DNA of 34,928 nucleotides from a virus (Duplodnaviria; Heunggongvirae; Uroviricota; Caudoviricetes): IMG/VR virus record IMGVR_UViG_3300026224_000021; one strand, 5' to 3'. Shown piece by piece: positions 33,975 to 34,928 of this stretch (position 1 is its first letter; each line of letters starts with the position of its first letter). The notes under the pieces were generated by a model. It saw only the letters and a program-made list of their open reading frames with translations, ran no database searches and was not told where the DNA came from. The position numbers and the translations under genes were made by a program.

Positions 33975-34928
33975 ATGTCGATTAAGAAGCTCGCTAATGG
34001 CAAATTTTGTGTGGACGTGCGGCCTGCTGGATCAGAAGGAAAGAGATTCAGGCGGCGATTTGATACTCGTGGTGAGGCTGTTTTGTATGAGCGTCATGTA
34101 TTGCAGCATTACCACGACAAAGACTGGGTTGATAAGCCAACAGAACGGCGCTCGCTGAGGGAGTTGCTGGATTGTTGGTGGCTATACCATGGGAAAAACC
34201 ATCCTTACGGTGCGATGGAGCGAGTGCGTATTTCTGCGGTCATTAGTGATCTTGAAAGTATTAATGTTACACGCAGTGACCAACTTACTCGTAAGAACAT
34301 AATTAATTATCGGTTATTGTTGCTTAACCGCGGAATAAAACAATCCACGGTTAATCGTTATTGCGCAATGATGAGTGGTTTCTTCACAAAACTAATTGAC
34401 GCAGAGGAATATTCTGGGGTTAATCCGTTTCATGATGTGAAAAAACTTAATATCAAACAGCCTGAAATGGCTTATTTGTATCATGAAGATATTCCACGAT
34501 TACTGGAGTTGTTATCTGGTGATGAATTAAAAGCCGTCTTGTTGTGTCTGGCAACAGGTGGAAGATGGAGTGAAGTTGCAAATATCAAGGGGGAGCATGT
34601 TATTAGCGGCAAAGTCATTTTTATGGAAACAAAAAATGGGAAGCGTCGCGTTATACCTATATCGTCAGAACTGGAGTGCATGATTAAGACTAAGGCTACT
34701 GGTCGTTTAATTTATCCGAGTTATGCCGCTGTCAGAACGGCTATCAGAAAAGTGAGGCCCGATCTTCCTGAAGGGCAGTCGATACATGTTTTACGGCATA
34801 CCTTTGCCACTCACTTCATGATTAATGGCGGGAATATCATCACTTTGCAGAGAATACTTGGGCATAGCACTATTCAGCAGACGATGACTTATGCCCATTT
34901 TGCACCGGATTATCTGCAGGATGCTGTG
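33975..34928 (+). CDS. int: tyrosine integrase (P2 Int-like), 3'-truncated by the window end
   Basis: ATG at 33975 with GGAGGG Shine-Dalgarno; open to the window end; HVLRHTFATHFMINGGNIITLQRILGHSTIQQTMTYAHFAPDYLQDA almost identical to the P2 Int C-terminal region. Confidence 0.85.
   Translation, partial: MSIKKLANGKFCVDVRPAGSEGKRFRRRFDTRGEAVLYERHVLQHYHDKDWVDKPTERRSLRELLDCWWLYHGKNHPYGAMERVRISAVISDLESINVTRSDQLTRKNIINYRLLLLNRGIKQSTVNRYCAMMSGFFTKLIDAEEYSGVNPFHDVKKLNIKQPEMAYLYHEDIPRLLELLSGDELKAVLLCLATGGRWSEVANIKGEHVISGKVIFMETKNGKRRVIPISSELECMIKTKATGRLIYPSYAAVRTAIRKVRPDLPEGQSIHVLRHTFATHFMINGGNIITLQRILGHSTIQQTMTYAHFAPDYLQDAV

Overview
The window is almost entirely one P2-like (Peduovirus-type) temperate myophage prophage, running from about position 1500 to beyond the right edge, with a short host flank on the left (two small genes, 1-469, then a structured non-coding stretch). 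All calls rest on reading the supplied ORF translations, motif and synteny recognition from memory, and manual inspection of intergenic DNA; no database search or computation was run. Left to right: a minus-strand tail/baseplate/fiber module (putative central spike, two tandem fiber plus chaperone cassettes, I/J/W-like baseplate genes, tape measure, a frameshifting chaperone, an embedded holin plus M15-peptidase lysis pair, tube, sheath, R/S-like completion genes); a P2-type head module (L, M, N, O on minus; P terminase and Q portal divergently on plus) followed by an Ogr/Delta-type zinc-finger gene; an accessory operon between ogr and replication gene A encoding a ParM-like actin ATPase, ParR, a small unknown protein and an Rrf2-family regulator, fronted by palindrome-containing repeats; replication initiator A; about a dozen small early ORFs including two visibly AT-rich islands; and a Cox-like / C-repressor switch with a P2-type integrase truncated by the window end. 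The strongest candidates for an undescribed system are the parM-parR-orf-rrf2 operon in the position P2 uses for tin/old, and the AT-rich convergent gene pair at 31945-32970 with one gene on the lysogenic strand. No tRNA, rRNA, CRISPR array or transposase was seen.
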